From Clostridia bacterium (GTDB lineage: Bacteria > Bacillota > Clostridia > RUG12999): a stretch of DNA of 59,286 bases. Numbering within the stretch: position 1 is the stretch's first letter; every line of letters starts with the position of its first letter. The stretch lies in assembly GCA_045644605.1 (NCBI GenBank), contig JAZRHB010000068.1:1-59286 (forward strand). Direction: 5' to 3'. Shown here piece by piece: positions 49,013 through 56,243 of this stretch. The position numbers and the translations under genes are program-made. A model generated the notes under the pieces. That model had not been told where the DNA came from. It saw only the letters and a program-made list of their open reading frames with translations, and did no database searches.

Positions 49013-49041
49013 ATTATACTCGCTTATTTTTTATTTGTCAA
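49013..49041 (-). promoter_or_regulatory. Consensus sigma-A promoter driving the T-box leader
   Basis: Minus strand: TTGACA (49041-49036), 17-nt spacer, TATAAT (49018-49013). Confidence 0.75.
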
Positions 49042-49174
49042 TACCTTTTTTAAAATTTTTGCCTGCCTTTCCACGATTGAAGTAAAATGATGCCGATTGG
49101 GCAAACTTAAGTCCCGAAGCTGTACATAGGTACCGCGAGAGGCGAAGGTTGCCCGAAGTGCAGAAGCTTTAATA

Positions 49175-49206
49175 CAAAAAGAAATCCGCATTTAATGCGG
49201 ATTTCT
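49175..49206 (-). terminator. Terminator of the MarR-ABC operon
   Basis: Minus strand: AGAAATCCGCAT-TAA-ATGCGGATTTCT followed by TTTTG. Confidence 0.75.
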
Positions 49207-49288
49207 ACATAAATATTTTCTATCTTTTAGTTTGCATTATCCAGTTTCGTTAGTGCTTCTGCGCGGTCGGCGCTTTTTAATTCAATCG

Positions 49289-51244
49289 TCAAGATAATTC
49301 AAATGCGCCTGTATACAGCTGATAATACTGACCTTTCTGGGCAATAAGCTCATCGTGACTGCCTCGCTCAATAATTCGGCCATAGTTAAGCACCATAATA
49401 ACGTCGGAATTCTTAACAGTTGAAAGTCTGTGTGCAATTACAAATACAGTTCTTCCTTCCATAAGCTTATCCATACCGCGCTGAACAATCTGCTCGGTTC
49501 TTGTATCAATGGATGATGTGGCTTCGTCAAGAATCATAACCGGCGGGTCGGCAACTGCCGCTCGTGCAATTGAAAGAAGTTGGCGCTGACCCTGCGATAA
49601 GTTTTCGCCGTTATTTTCGAGCATAGTATCATATCCTTCGGGGAGACGGGTTATAAAATCGTCTGCGCCCGAAAGCTTTGCCGCCGCTATACATTCTTCA
49701 TCGGTTGCATCAAGCTTTCCGTAGCGGATATTTTCCATAACACTGCCTGTAAACAGATTTGTGTCCTGAAGAACAAGTCCGAGCGAACGGCGAAGGTCGG
49801 ATTTTCGGATTTTATTTATGTTTATTCCGTCGTATCTTATCTTGCCGTCTTCAATATCATAAAATCTGTTGATAAGATTTGTGATTGTGGTTTTTCCTGC
49901 ACCCGTTGCACCGACAAATGCAACCTTCTGACCGGGCTTTGCATAAAGGTCAATATTATGAAGGATTGTTTTACCCTCTTCATATGCAAAATCCACGTCA
50001 AACATACGCACATCGCCCGCAAGCGGTGTATAGGTAATACTTCCATCGTGATGCGGATGCTTCCATGCCCATTGTCCTGTATGCTTATCGGTTTCTTTAA
50101 TATTTCCGTTTTCGTCAATTTCGGCATTCACAAGAGTTACATAACCTTCGTCTTCTTCTTCGGTTTCGTCAATAAGGTCAAATACGCGCTGTGCCCCCGC
50201 TATTGCCATTGCAATAGAGTTAATCTGCTGCGAAACCTGGTTGAAGTTACCCGTAAACTGTTTTGCCATATTAAGAAACGGAATAAGAACGTCAATTGTA
50301 AGAACGCCGATTGTCCCCGTAATAATTGAGCTTACACCGATGTTCGGCACTTTTGTAAGAAGAATGACTCCGCCGACTATTGCAATAAGCACGTAAAGGA
50401 TATTACCGATATTCATAATAATCGGACCAAGAATATTGGCATATGCGTGCGCTTTGAAATTATCCTGAAACAGCTCTTCATTTACGGTATCAAAACCCTC
50501 GCGGCATTGAGCCTCGTGGTTGAACACTTTAATAACCTTTTGTCCGCTCATCATTTCCTGAATAAACCCTTCGGTTTTTCCAAGAGATTTCTGCTGACGG
50601 ATGAAATATTTTGCACTGCCGCCGCCGACTTTTTTTGTTACAAACGAAATTGCGGCAACTCCGAGAAGAACCACAAGTGTCATCCAGAAGCTGTAATACA
50701 CCATAATGCAGAATACCGTTACAATTACAACGCCTGTCTGCAGTATTGACGGAAGCGACTGTGAAACCATCTGGCGAAGCGAGTCAATATCGTTGGTGTA
50801 ACGGCTCATAATATCGCCGTGTTTGCTTGTGTCAAAATATTTAATCGGCAAGGTCTGCATTTTTGCAAACATTTTGCAACGCAGTTTATGCAGAAAGCCC
50901 TGGGTAATATATGCCATAAGCTGTGTATGTGCAACAATTGCAATGAGCGAAACAACATAAAACGATGCTAAAATAGCAATTTTCGGAAGTATCACCTTGC
51001 TTGCCTCTGCCCAGTTGCCTGTAGGCATCCATATGCCTATATCTGCCATTATCTGCTGCAGGAAAATTGCCGGCATTGCAGACGTTACCGCACAAAATAT
51101 AATACAGAATACTGCAATGGGAATAAGCACCGGATAGGATTTTATAAGCAGTTGTAACAGCCTTTTAAGGCTGCCCTTCGGCATTGGAGGACGTCCTCCC
51201 ATAGGGCCGTGGCCGCGTTTTCCCATAGGCATACGATTATTCAT
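49289..51244 (-). CDS. ABC exporter half-transporter with a consensus site
   Basis: Walker A GATGAGKTT, signature LSQGQRQL, Walker B VMILDEATS. I chose ATG 51244, which overlaps the partner stop by 8 nt. The track start at 51364 lies inside the partner gene. Confidence 0.88.
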   Translation of the reverse strand: MNNRMPMGKRGHGPMGGRPPMPKGSLKRLLQLLIKSYPVLIPIAVFCIIFCAVTSAMPAIFLQQIMADIGIWMPTGNWAEASKVILPKIAILASFYVVSLIAIVAHTQLMAYITQGFLHKLRCKMFAKMQTLPIKYFDTSKHGDIMSRYTNDIDSLRQMVSQSLPSILQTGVVIVTVFCIMVYYSFWMTLVVLLGVAAISFVTKKVGGGSAKYFIRQQKSLGKTEGFIQEMMSGQKVIKVFNHEAQCREGFDTVNEELFQDNFKAHAYANILGPIIMNIGNILYVLIAIVGGVILLTKVPNIGVSSIITGTIGVLTIDVLIPFLNMAKQFTGNFNQVSQQINSIAMAIAGAQRVFDLIDETEEEDEGYVTLVNAEIDENGNIKETDKHTGQWAWKHPHHDGSITYTPLAGDVRMFDVDFAYEEGKTILHNIDLYAKPGQKVAFVGATGAGKTTITNLINRFYDIEDGKIRYDGININKIRKSDLRRSLGLVLQDTNLFTGSVMENIRYGKLDATDEECIAAAKLSGADDFITRLPEGYDTMLENNGENLSQGQRQLLSIARAAVADPPVMILDEATSSIDTRTEQIVQRGMDKLMEGRTVFVIAHRLSTVKNSDVIMVLNYGRIIERGSHDELIAQKGQYYQLYTGAFELS

Positions 51245-52997
51245 CTGTTTCACTTTCGCCACCTCCCATTGTCTGCTGCTGATAAATTTCGCAGTAGATT
51301 TCACTTTCTGCCATAAGCTTTTCGTGGTTACCTGCCGCCGAAATTTTCCCTCCGTCCATAACAATAATCATATCCGCATCCTGTACGGATGAAATTCGCT
51401 GTGCAATAATAATTTTTGTTGTTTCGGGAATAAACTCTTTAAATCCCTGACGGATAAGCGCATCCGTTCTTGTATCAACCGCAGAGGTAGAATCGTCAAG
51501 AATAAGAATTTTCGGTTTTTTAAGAAGCGCACGGGCAATGCAAAGGCGCTGTTTCTGCCCACCCGATACATTAGAGCCGCCCTGTTCAATATAGGTGTCA
51601 TATCCTTCGGGGAAGGAAGAAACAAACTCATCCGCCTGTGCAAGCTTTGCGGCATATATAATTTCTTCGTCGGTCGCATTTTCATTACCCCAGCGCAAGT
51701 TTTCTTTTATTGTGCCCGAAAACAGTTGATTTTTCTGAAGCACCATTGCAACGCTGTCACGAAGATTTTCAAGGTCATATTCGCGTACATCGCGTCCGCC
51801 CACACATACCGAGCCTACCGACACATCATAAAGACGTGGGATAAGCTGAACAAGAGTTGATTTACTTGAGCCTGTACCGCCTATGATGCCGACGGTCATT
51901 CCCGAATCAATGTGCAGGTTAACTCCTTCAAGCGAATAGTTCTTTGATTTTGCCGAATATTTAAAGCTTACATCCTTAAAATCAATGCTGCCGTCAGGAA
52001 TTTCCATAACCGGTTTTTCGGGATTTGTAAGTGTTGGAGTTTCGTCAAGCACCTCAACAATACGTTTCATTGATTCAAAAGATATTGTAATCATAACGTA
52101 CACCATTGAAATCATCATAAGAGACATAAGTATCTGCATACCGTACGTAAGCATTGCGGAAATCTGTCCTACATCAAGGCTCGAACCCATACTTGTGATT
52201 ACAAGATTTGAACCTACGGTAAGTACAAATATCATATTGAAATACAGACAAATCTGCATAATAGGTGTGTTGCAGGCAACAATTCGTTCCGCTTTTGTAA
52301 AGTTACTGCGGATTTCGTCCGCCGCTTTATAGAATTTTTCGGTTTCGTACTGTTCACGCGAAAAACCTTTTACAACACGCATACCACGGATGTTTTCTTC
52401 AACCGATTCGTTAAGTTTATCGTATTTTTTAAATACCTTGCGGAATGTAGGCATCGCCTTGCGGCTTACAAGAAAAAGTCCAAAGCCAAGCACGGGTACT
52501 ACAACCACAAACGAGGTGGCAAGCGCACCGCCCATAATATATGCCATTAAAATTGCAAAAATAAACATAAACGGTGAGCGCACCGCAATTCTTATAAGCA
52601 TCATATACGACATCTGCACATGAGTTATGTCTGTTGTAAGTCGTGTTACAAGCGATGATGATGCAAATTTATCAATATTTTCAAACGAATAGTCCTGAAT
52701 TTTATTGAAAATATCGTGACGCAGGTTTTTGGCAAAGCCTGCCGATGCCTTTGCACTTGTGTATCCCGCTATGCCGCCGCAGGCAAGTGAAACAAGAGCC
52801 ATAAGCACAAGCGATATTCCCGTTATAAGAAGTGCTTTAATTTCTATTCCGGCTTTAATCTGATTTACAAGACTTGCCGTAATAAACGGAATAATACATT
52901 CTATAATTACCTCAAGCATAATGAGAAGAATTGTAATTATGCTGGGTTTTTTATATTCTCTTACGCAGGAAAAAAGTTTTTTAATCAAGCTCCTCAT
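51237..52997 (-). CDS. ABC exporter half-transporter with a degenerate site
   Basis: Walker A GGTGSSKST, signature VSGGQKQR, Walker B ILILDDSTS (Asp replaces the catalytic Glu). Confidence 0.9.
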   Translation of the reverse strand: MRSLIKKLFSCVREYKKPSIITILLIMLEVIIECIIPFITASLVNQIKAGIEIKALLITGISLVLMALVSLACGGIAGYTSAKASAGFAKNLRHDIFNKIQDYSFENIDKFASSSLVTRLTTDITHVQMSYMMLIRIAVRSPFMFIFAILMAYIMGGALATSFVVVVPVLGFGLFLVSRKAMPTFRKVFKKYDKLNESVEENIRGMRVVKGFSREQYETEKFYKAADEIRSNFTKAERIVACNTPIMQICLYFNMIFVLTVGSNLVITSMGSSLDVGQISAMLTYGMQILMSLMMISMVYVMITISFESMKRIVEVLDETPTLTNPEKPVMEIPDGSIDFKDVSFKYSAKSKNYSLEGVNLHIDSGMTVGIIGGTGSSKSTLVQLIPRLYDVSVGSVCVGGRDVREYDLENLRDSVAMVLQKNQLFSGTIKENLRWGNENATDEEIIYAAKLAQADEFVSSFPEGYDTYIEQGGSNVSGGQKQRLCIARALLKKPKILILDDSTSAVDTRTDALIRQGFKEFIPETTKIIIAQRISSVQDADMIIVMDGGKISAAGNHEKLMAESEIYCEIYQQQTMGGGESETDE

Positions 52998-53493
52998 CCT
53001 CCTTTATTTGTATTGCGCTGAGCTTTTTCGCTTCCTCAACAAGTGACATAAACGAAATATCCTCTGCATCTTTTGAAATATTTTTAATCATTCTACCGAA
53101 GAAATCATACAACGTCTCACACTCTTTTTCGCTGAACCCCGCAAAAAGCTGTGCATCAATTTGGTCGTACTGCGTGCGGCATTTTTCTGATATTTCAATG
53201 CCCTTTTTTGTAATGGAAAGCCTGCTGTATCGCTGGTCAGTTTCATCGGTTTCCTTTTCAATAAGACCCGCTTTTTGCATCCGCTTTACACTTGTTGCAA
53301 TGCTTGGCGGAGAAATTTTAAGAAAATTTGCCAGCTCGCGTTGGGTACATTTATTATTCTTTCTTATATATTCAAGAATAGGCAATTGCCCAAGATAAAG
53401 CCCGTTTTTATAGGCCTCGGTCTGGATGTTCATTCTGTGAATAATGTTGAGTTTATTCATTCTGTCAATAATCTCAAAATAGGTCAGTGCCAT
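52981..53493 (-). CDS. MarR-family transcriptional regulator
   Basis: LGQLPILEYIRKNNKCTQRELANFLKISPPSIATSVKRMQKAGLIEKE..DQR winged HTH. ATG 53493. Overlaps the ABC gene by 17 nt. Confidence 0.88.
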   Translation of the reverse strand: MALTYFEIIDRMNKLNIIHRMNIQTEAYKNGLYLGQLPILEYIRKNNKCTQRELANFLKISPPSIATSVKRMQKAGLIEKETDETDQRYSRLSITKKGIEISEKCRTQYDQIDAQLFAGFSEKECETLYDFFGRMIKNISKDAEDISFMSLVEEAKKLSAIQIKEDEELD

Positions 53494-53540
53494 GCGCTCA
53501 CCCCTTAAAGTTAATTGATTAATAGTTAATCGACTTATCA

Positions 53541-53604
53541 ATTATACTGTATCCTTACATTTTTGTCAATATAATTGACAAAAATAAGCATAAAATGTTA
53601 TACT
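53541..53604. promoter_or_regulatory. Divergent promoters sharing a 25-nt palindrome (likely MarR operator)
   Basis: TTTTTGTCAAT-ATA-ATTGACAAAAA (53560-53584) holds both -35 boxes. The minus -10 is TATAAT (53546-53541). The plus -10 is TGtTATACT (53596-53604). Confidence 0.55.
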
Positions 53605-53630
53605 TATAAAAAGAAATGAGGCGATATTTT

Positions 53631-54482
53631 ATGTCAAAAAACGTTATTATTATAGGCGGCGGGCCTGCGGGCACATCTGCCGCACTTTATACTGCAAGGG
53701 TAGGAATAGATACAATTATTATAGAAAACGGCGCGCGTGCACTTGAAAAAGCCGAAAAAATTGAAAATTATTACGGATTTGAAAACGGCATTTCGGGAAA
53801 AGAGCTGTATGCCGCAGGACTTGCGCAGGCAAAAAATGTTGGTGCAAGGGTAGTAACCGATGAGGTTGTCGGGATTTCATTTGAGGATAAGTTCAAGGTT
53901 AAAACAACGGCAAACGAATATACTGCCGACAGCGTTATTATTGCAACAGGCGCATCAAGAAATAAACCGAAAATAGAAAATCTTGAAAAATTTGAAGGCA
54001 GCGGTATAAGCTACTGCGCCGTATGTGACGGATTTTTCTTCCGCGGGAAAGACGTTGCCGTGCTCGGCAGCGGCGAATATGCCATACACGAAGCATCGGT
54101 TCTTGTGCCGTTTGCATCTTCCGTAACACTTCTTACGGACGGGAATGATGTTTCCGCACCCGACGGAATAAATGTAAATATATCAAAAATAAAGGCAGTA
54201 TCGGGAAGTGCCGTTCTGGAAAAGGTTGTTTTTGAGGATAATTCAGCACTTGATATATCGGGGCTTTTTATTGCGCTCGGCACAGCAGGCGGCGCAGATA
54301 TTGCAAAGAAAATAGGCGCGGTTACAAACGGAAGTGCCGTTGCCACAGATGAAAATATGGCAACCAACATTCCCGGAATTTTCGCCGCAGGCGATTGCAC
54401 AGGGGGAATACTTCAGATAGCAAAAGCCGTACACGACGGAATGACGGCAGGGTTTTCCGTTATAAAATTTTTAAAAGGATAA
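53631..54482 (+). CDS. Thioredoxin-reductase-like FAD/NAD(P) disulfide oxidoreductase
   Basis: GGGPAGTSAALY FAD motif, redox CAVC (ISYCAVCDG), GSGEYA NAD(P) motif, and FAAGDC. Confidence 0.85.
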   Translation: MSKNVIIIGGGPAGTSAALYTARVGIDTIIIENGARALEKAEKIENYYGFENGISGKELYAAGLAQAKNVGARVVTDEVVGISFEDKFKVKTTANEYTADSVIIATGASRNKPKIENLEKFEGSGISYCAVCDGFFFRGKDVAVLGSGEYAIHEASVLVPFASSVTLLTDGNDVSAPDGINVNISKIKAVSGSAVLEKVVFEDNSALDISGLFIALGTAGGADIAKKIGAVTNGSAVATDENMATNIPGIFAAGDCTGGILQIAKAVHDGMTAGFSVIKFLKG

Positions 54483-54517
54483 AAAAAGACCACTTATGAG
54501 TGGTCTTATACTTTTTT
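54481..54517. terminator. Bidirectional terminator
   Basis: AAGACCAC-ttatga-GTGGTCTT between A and T tracts. Overlaps the 3' end of the DUF896 gene. Confidence 0.7.
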
Positions 54518-54718
54518 AACCGATTTCTTTTCAACCTTACGTTTGTTTCCGTCTTTATCCATAATGTAAACGGTGCTCATTGTGTTTTCCATTCCCTGAC
54601 GGAACATTCTTAAATATTCCTGCCTTAATTTTGCCTGCTCTGCTTTTTCTTCTTCAGTAAGCCCTTCTTCTTTTGATTTTTTAGCTAAAGCATTAATTTT
54701 TTTAATAAGCTCGTCCAT
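54506..54718 (-). CDS. DUF896/UPF0291-family small protein (YnzC-like)
   Basis: KINALAKKSKEEGLTEEEKAEQAKLRQEYL..FR...E. Confidence 0.8.
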   Translation of the reverse strand: MDELIKKINALAKKSKEEGLTEEEKAEQAKLRQEYLRMFRQGMENTMSTVYIMDKDGNKRKVEKKSVKKV

Positions 54719-54810
54719 ATCTTTCTCCTTAAAATGTTGTATAATTGTAATTATAGCACATATTTACAATCTTTGCAATATTACATCTTCCAAGTGTTCG
54801 AATACAAGAC

Positions 54811-54845
54811 AAAAGACAGATACCCGAAAGGGTATCTGTCTTTTT
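54811..54845 (-). terminator. Terminator after tRNA-Pro
   Basis: AAAAGACAGATACCC-gaaa-GGGTATCTGTCTTTTT. Confidence 0.8.
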
Positions 54846-54847
54846 AG

Positions 54848-54924
54848 TGGTCGGGGTTGAGGGATTCGAACCCGCGGCCTCATGGTCCCAAACCATGCGC
54901 GCTACCAAACTGCGCCAAACCCCG
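54848..54924 (-). tRNA. tRNA-Pro (anticodon UGG), CCA encoded
   Basis: Reverse complement: CGGGGTT...CATGG-TTTGGGA-CCATG...CGGG-TTCGAAT-CCC...AACCCCG-A-CCA. Confidence 0.93.
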
Positions 54925-54946
54925 ATGTTCAACGCCACAAGATAGT

Positions 54947-54975
54947 ATTATATACTTTTTTTTAGTGTTTGTCAA
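54947..54975 (-). promoter_or_regulatory. Sigma-A promoter of tRNA-Pro
   Basis: Minus strand: TTGACA (54975-54970), 17-nt spacer, TATAAT (54952-54947). Confidence 0.7.
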
Positions 54976-55000
54976 GTAAAAACTTAAAAAATAAAGAAAT

Positions 55001-55044
55001 CTATTGACAAATCTATTGACAATGGTTAATTTTTGTGGTAGAAT
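55001..55044 (+). promoter_or_regulatory. Sigma-A promoter of tRNA-Ser with a duplicated -35 box
   Basis: Tandem CTATTGACAA repeats. The second TTGACA (55016-55021), a 17-nt spacer, then TGgTAGAAT (55036-55044). Confidence 0.65.
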
Positions 55045-55063
55045 TAACAACTGAAAGCAACGC

Positions 55064-55155
55064 GGAGAGGTGGCTGAGTTGGTTGAAGGCGCACGATTGG
55101 AAATCGTGTAATGGCTAATACCCATTCGAGGGTTCGAATCCCTTCCTCTCCTCCA
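55064..55155 (+). tRNA. tRNA-Ser (anticodon GGA), type II, CCA encoded
   Basis: Acceptor GGAGAGG/CCTCTCC, anticodon arm CACGA-TTGGAAA-TCGTG, long variable arm, T-arm GAGGG-TTCGAAT-CCCTT. Confidence 0.9.
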
Positions 55156-55159
55156 GAAA
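55137..55159 (+). repeat. 23-nt direct repeat, copy 1 (tRNA-Ser 3' end plus 4 nt)
   Basis: aatcccttcctctcctccagaaa is identical to 55298-55320. Confidence 0.9.
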
Positions 55160-55191
55160 AAGCAGATACCCGTTTGGGTATCTGTTTTTTT
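55157..55191 (+). terminator. Terminator after tRNA-Ser
   Basis: AAAAAGCAGATACCC-gttt-GGGTATCTGTTTTTTT. Nearly the same stem as the tRNA-Pro terminator. Confidence 0.8.
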
Positions 55192-55194
55192 GTT

Positions 55195-55605
55195 TTATTG
55201 GGATTCGAACCAGAAATGGGAGCAAGCAAAGCGAGCGACAGAGCGAAAGTCCAGTGGACTTTTGCGACATTTCTCCAAGCAGCTTGCTGCGCGATAAAAT
55301 CCCTTCCTCTCCTCCAGAAATAAAAAGACACCCAATCGGATGTCTTTTTTATTTTTTTCTTTATGAATCTGCCATAAAACCCACGGCAATTTAATAATTA
55401 TATAAATTGTAATTCCAATAAATTTAAACGGAGCAATAATAAATCTTAATTTCCACAACCAATATGATAAACGGTACATACTAACTGTGCGTTTCCACTG
55501 CCCACATCCCTCACACAAATTTAATTCCTCTGACATAATGTATTTTATGGCAGGCTCGTTAGTTTCATTTATTCTATTTAAACACTCCAGACAAAATTCA
55601 GCCAT
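55195..55605 (-). CDS. Zinc-ribbon/single-TM protein whose reading frame runs through a terminator and tRNA-derived DNA (possibly 3'-disrupted)
   Basis: MAEFCLECL...CEGCG zinc ribbon plus TM FIIAPFKFIGITIYIIIKLPWVLW. SD GGGGGAG. No stop until 55195, inside the tRNA scar. Confidence 0.45.
   Translation of the reverse strand: MAEFCLECLNRINETNEPAIKYIMSEELNLCEGCGQWKRTVSMYRLSYWLWKLRFIIAPFKFIGITIYIIIKLPWVLWQIHKEKNKKDIRLGVFLFLEERKGFYRAASCLEKCRKSPLDFRSVARFACSHFWFESQ
55298..55320 (+). repeat. 23-nt direct repeat, copy 2 (orphan tRNA-Ser 3' end)
   Basis: Exact copy of 55137-55159. Preceded by an inverted T-arm fragment gggattcgaacc (55200-55211). Confidence 0.9.
55324..55354. repeat. 31-nt terminator-hairpin repeat, left copy
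   Basis: aaagacacccaatcggatgtcttttttattt matches 56146-56176 at 29 of 31 positions. Confidence 0.85.
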
Positions 55606-55727
55606 AATTGCTCCCCCACAAATATATTTTTTATTTATTATATCACATCGCTTTTTCAGTTGCAATACATTCGCAATGCATACATATTGTATTTATTTAC
55701 ATATAATTGTATTGCAGAGGTGATTGT

Positions 55728-55898
55728 ATGAAAAAATTTAAAATTCCGTCCGTTCCACCTACAACAAATAAATGTATAAGATTTCCAAACAACGTAATTG
55801 AAGATGTTGAAAAAGCAATTAAAGGAAAGAATTGCACTTTTACAGCTTTTGTTGTTGAAGCTGTAAGGGTAGCTTTGGAAAACATTAAAGAAGATTAG
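55728..55898 (+). CDS. Small RHH/Arc-like DNA-binding protein
   Basis: MKKFKIPSVPPTTNKCIRFPNNVIEDVEKAIKGKNCTFTAFVVEAVRVALENIKED shows a beta-alpha-alpha pattern. ATG 55728 follows AGAGGTGA. Confidence 0.55.
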   Translation: MKKFKIPSVPPTTNKCIRFPNNVIEDVEKAIKGKNCTFTAFVVEAVRVALENIKED

Positions 55899-55922
55899 CA
55901 AAAAGACATTCTAGAGGAATTT

Positions 55923-56147
55923 ATGGACATAAATTACGAAAGACACTTAGGAGAAAACATAAGAAAATTAAGAAAGGCTCATAAGCTTACCCAAGAGCAT
56001 TTAGCAGCTAAATTACAGGTTTCGGGATGCGACATTACACGCAGTGCTTTGGCTAAAATTGAAGTAGGTCAAAGACATCTATATCCCGACGAATTAAAAG
56101 CTCTCAAACAAATATTAAATGTATCATACGAAAACATTTTGGATTAA
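55923..56147 (+). CDS. XRE-family HTH protein
   Basis: LGENIRKLRKAHKLTQEHLAAKLQVSGCDITRSALAKIEVGQR. Confidence 0.8.
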   Translation: MDINYERHLGENIRKLRKAHKLTQEHLAAKLQVSGCDITRSALAKIEVGQRHLYPDELKALKQILNVSYENILD

Positions 56148-56176
56148 AGACATCCTATCGGATGTCTTTTTTATTT
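56146..56176. repeat. 31-nt terminator-hairpin repeat, right copy
   Basis: aaagacatcctatcggatgtcttttttattt forms a perfect AGACATCC/GGATGTCT stem. Confidence 0.85.
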
Positions 56177-56243
56177 AATAATTGAATTCTTATTTTATTA
56201 GTGATATAATATTTTGCGGATATTTGTAACCTTTGGAGGAATT

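Noticed and set aside
49129-49139. A second copy of the T-box core 11-mer GGTACCGCGAG on the plus strand, about 350 nt from the real T-box, within a GC-rich patch (49085-49165).
   Set aside because: It has no Stem I, no GGGUGG context, no antiterminator/terminator pair and no downstream plus-strand gene. An isolated 11-mer match is weak evidence. It may be a relic or a coincidence.
55001-55021. Tandem CTATTGACAA-N1-CTATTGACAA, considered as iterons or a mini repeat array.
   Set aside because: There are only two units. The second supplies the -35 box of the tRNA-Ser promoter, so a local duplication of the promoter element explains it.
55044-55331. 95-aa minus-strand and 70-aa plus-strand ORFs covering tRNA-Ser and its duplicated 3' end.
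   Set aside because: Same reason: these are translations of a tRNA gene, its terminator and repeat debris, with no ribosome-binding sites.
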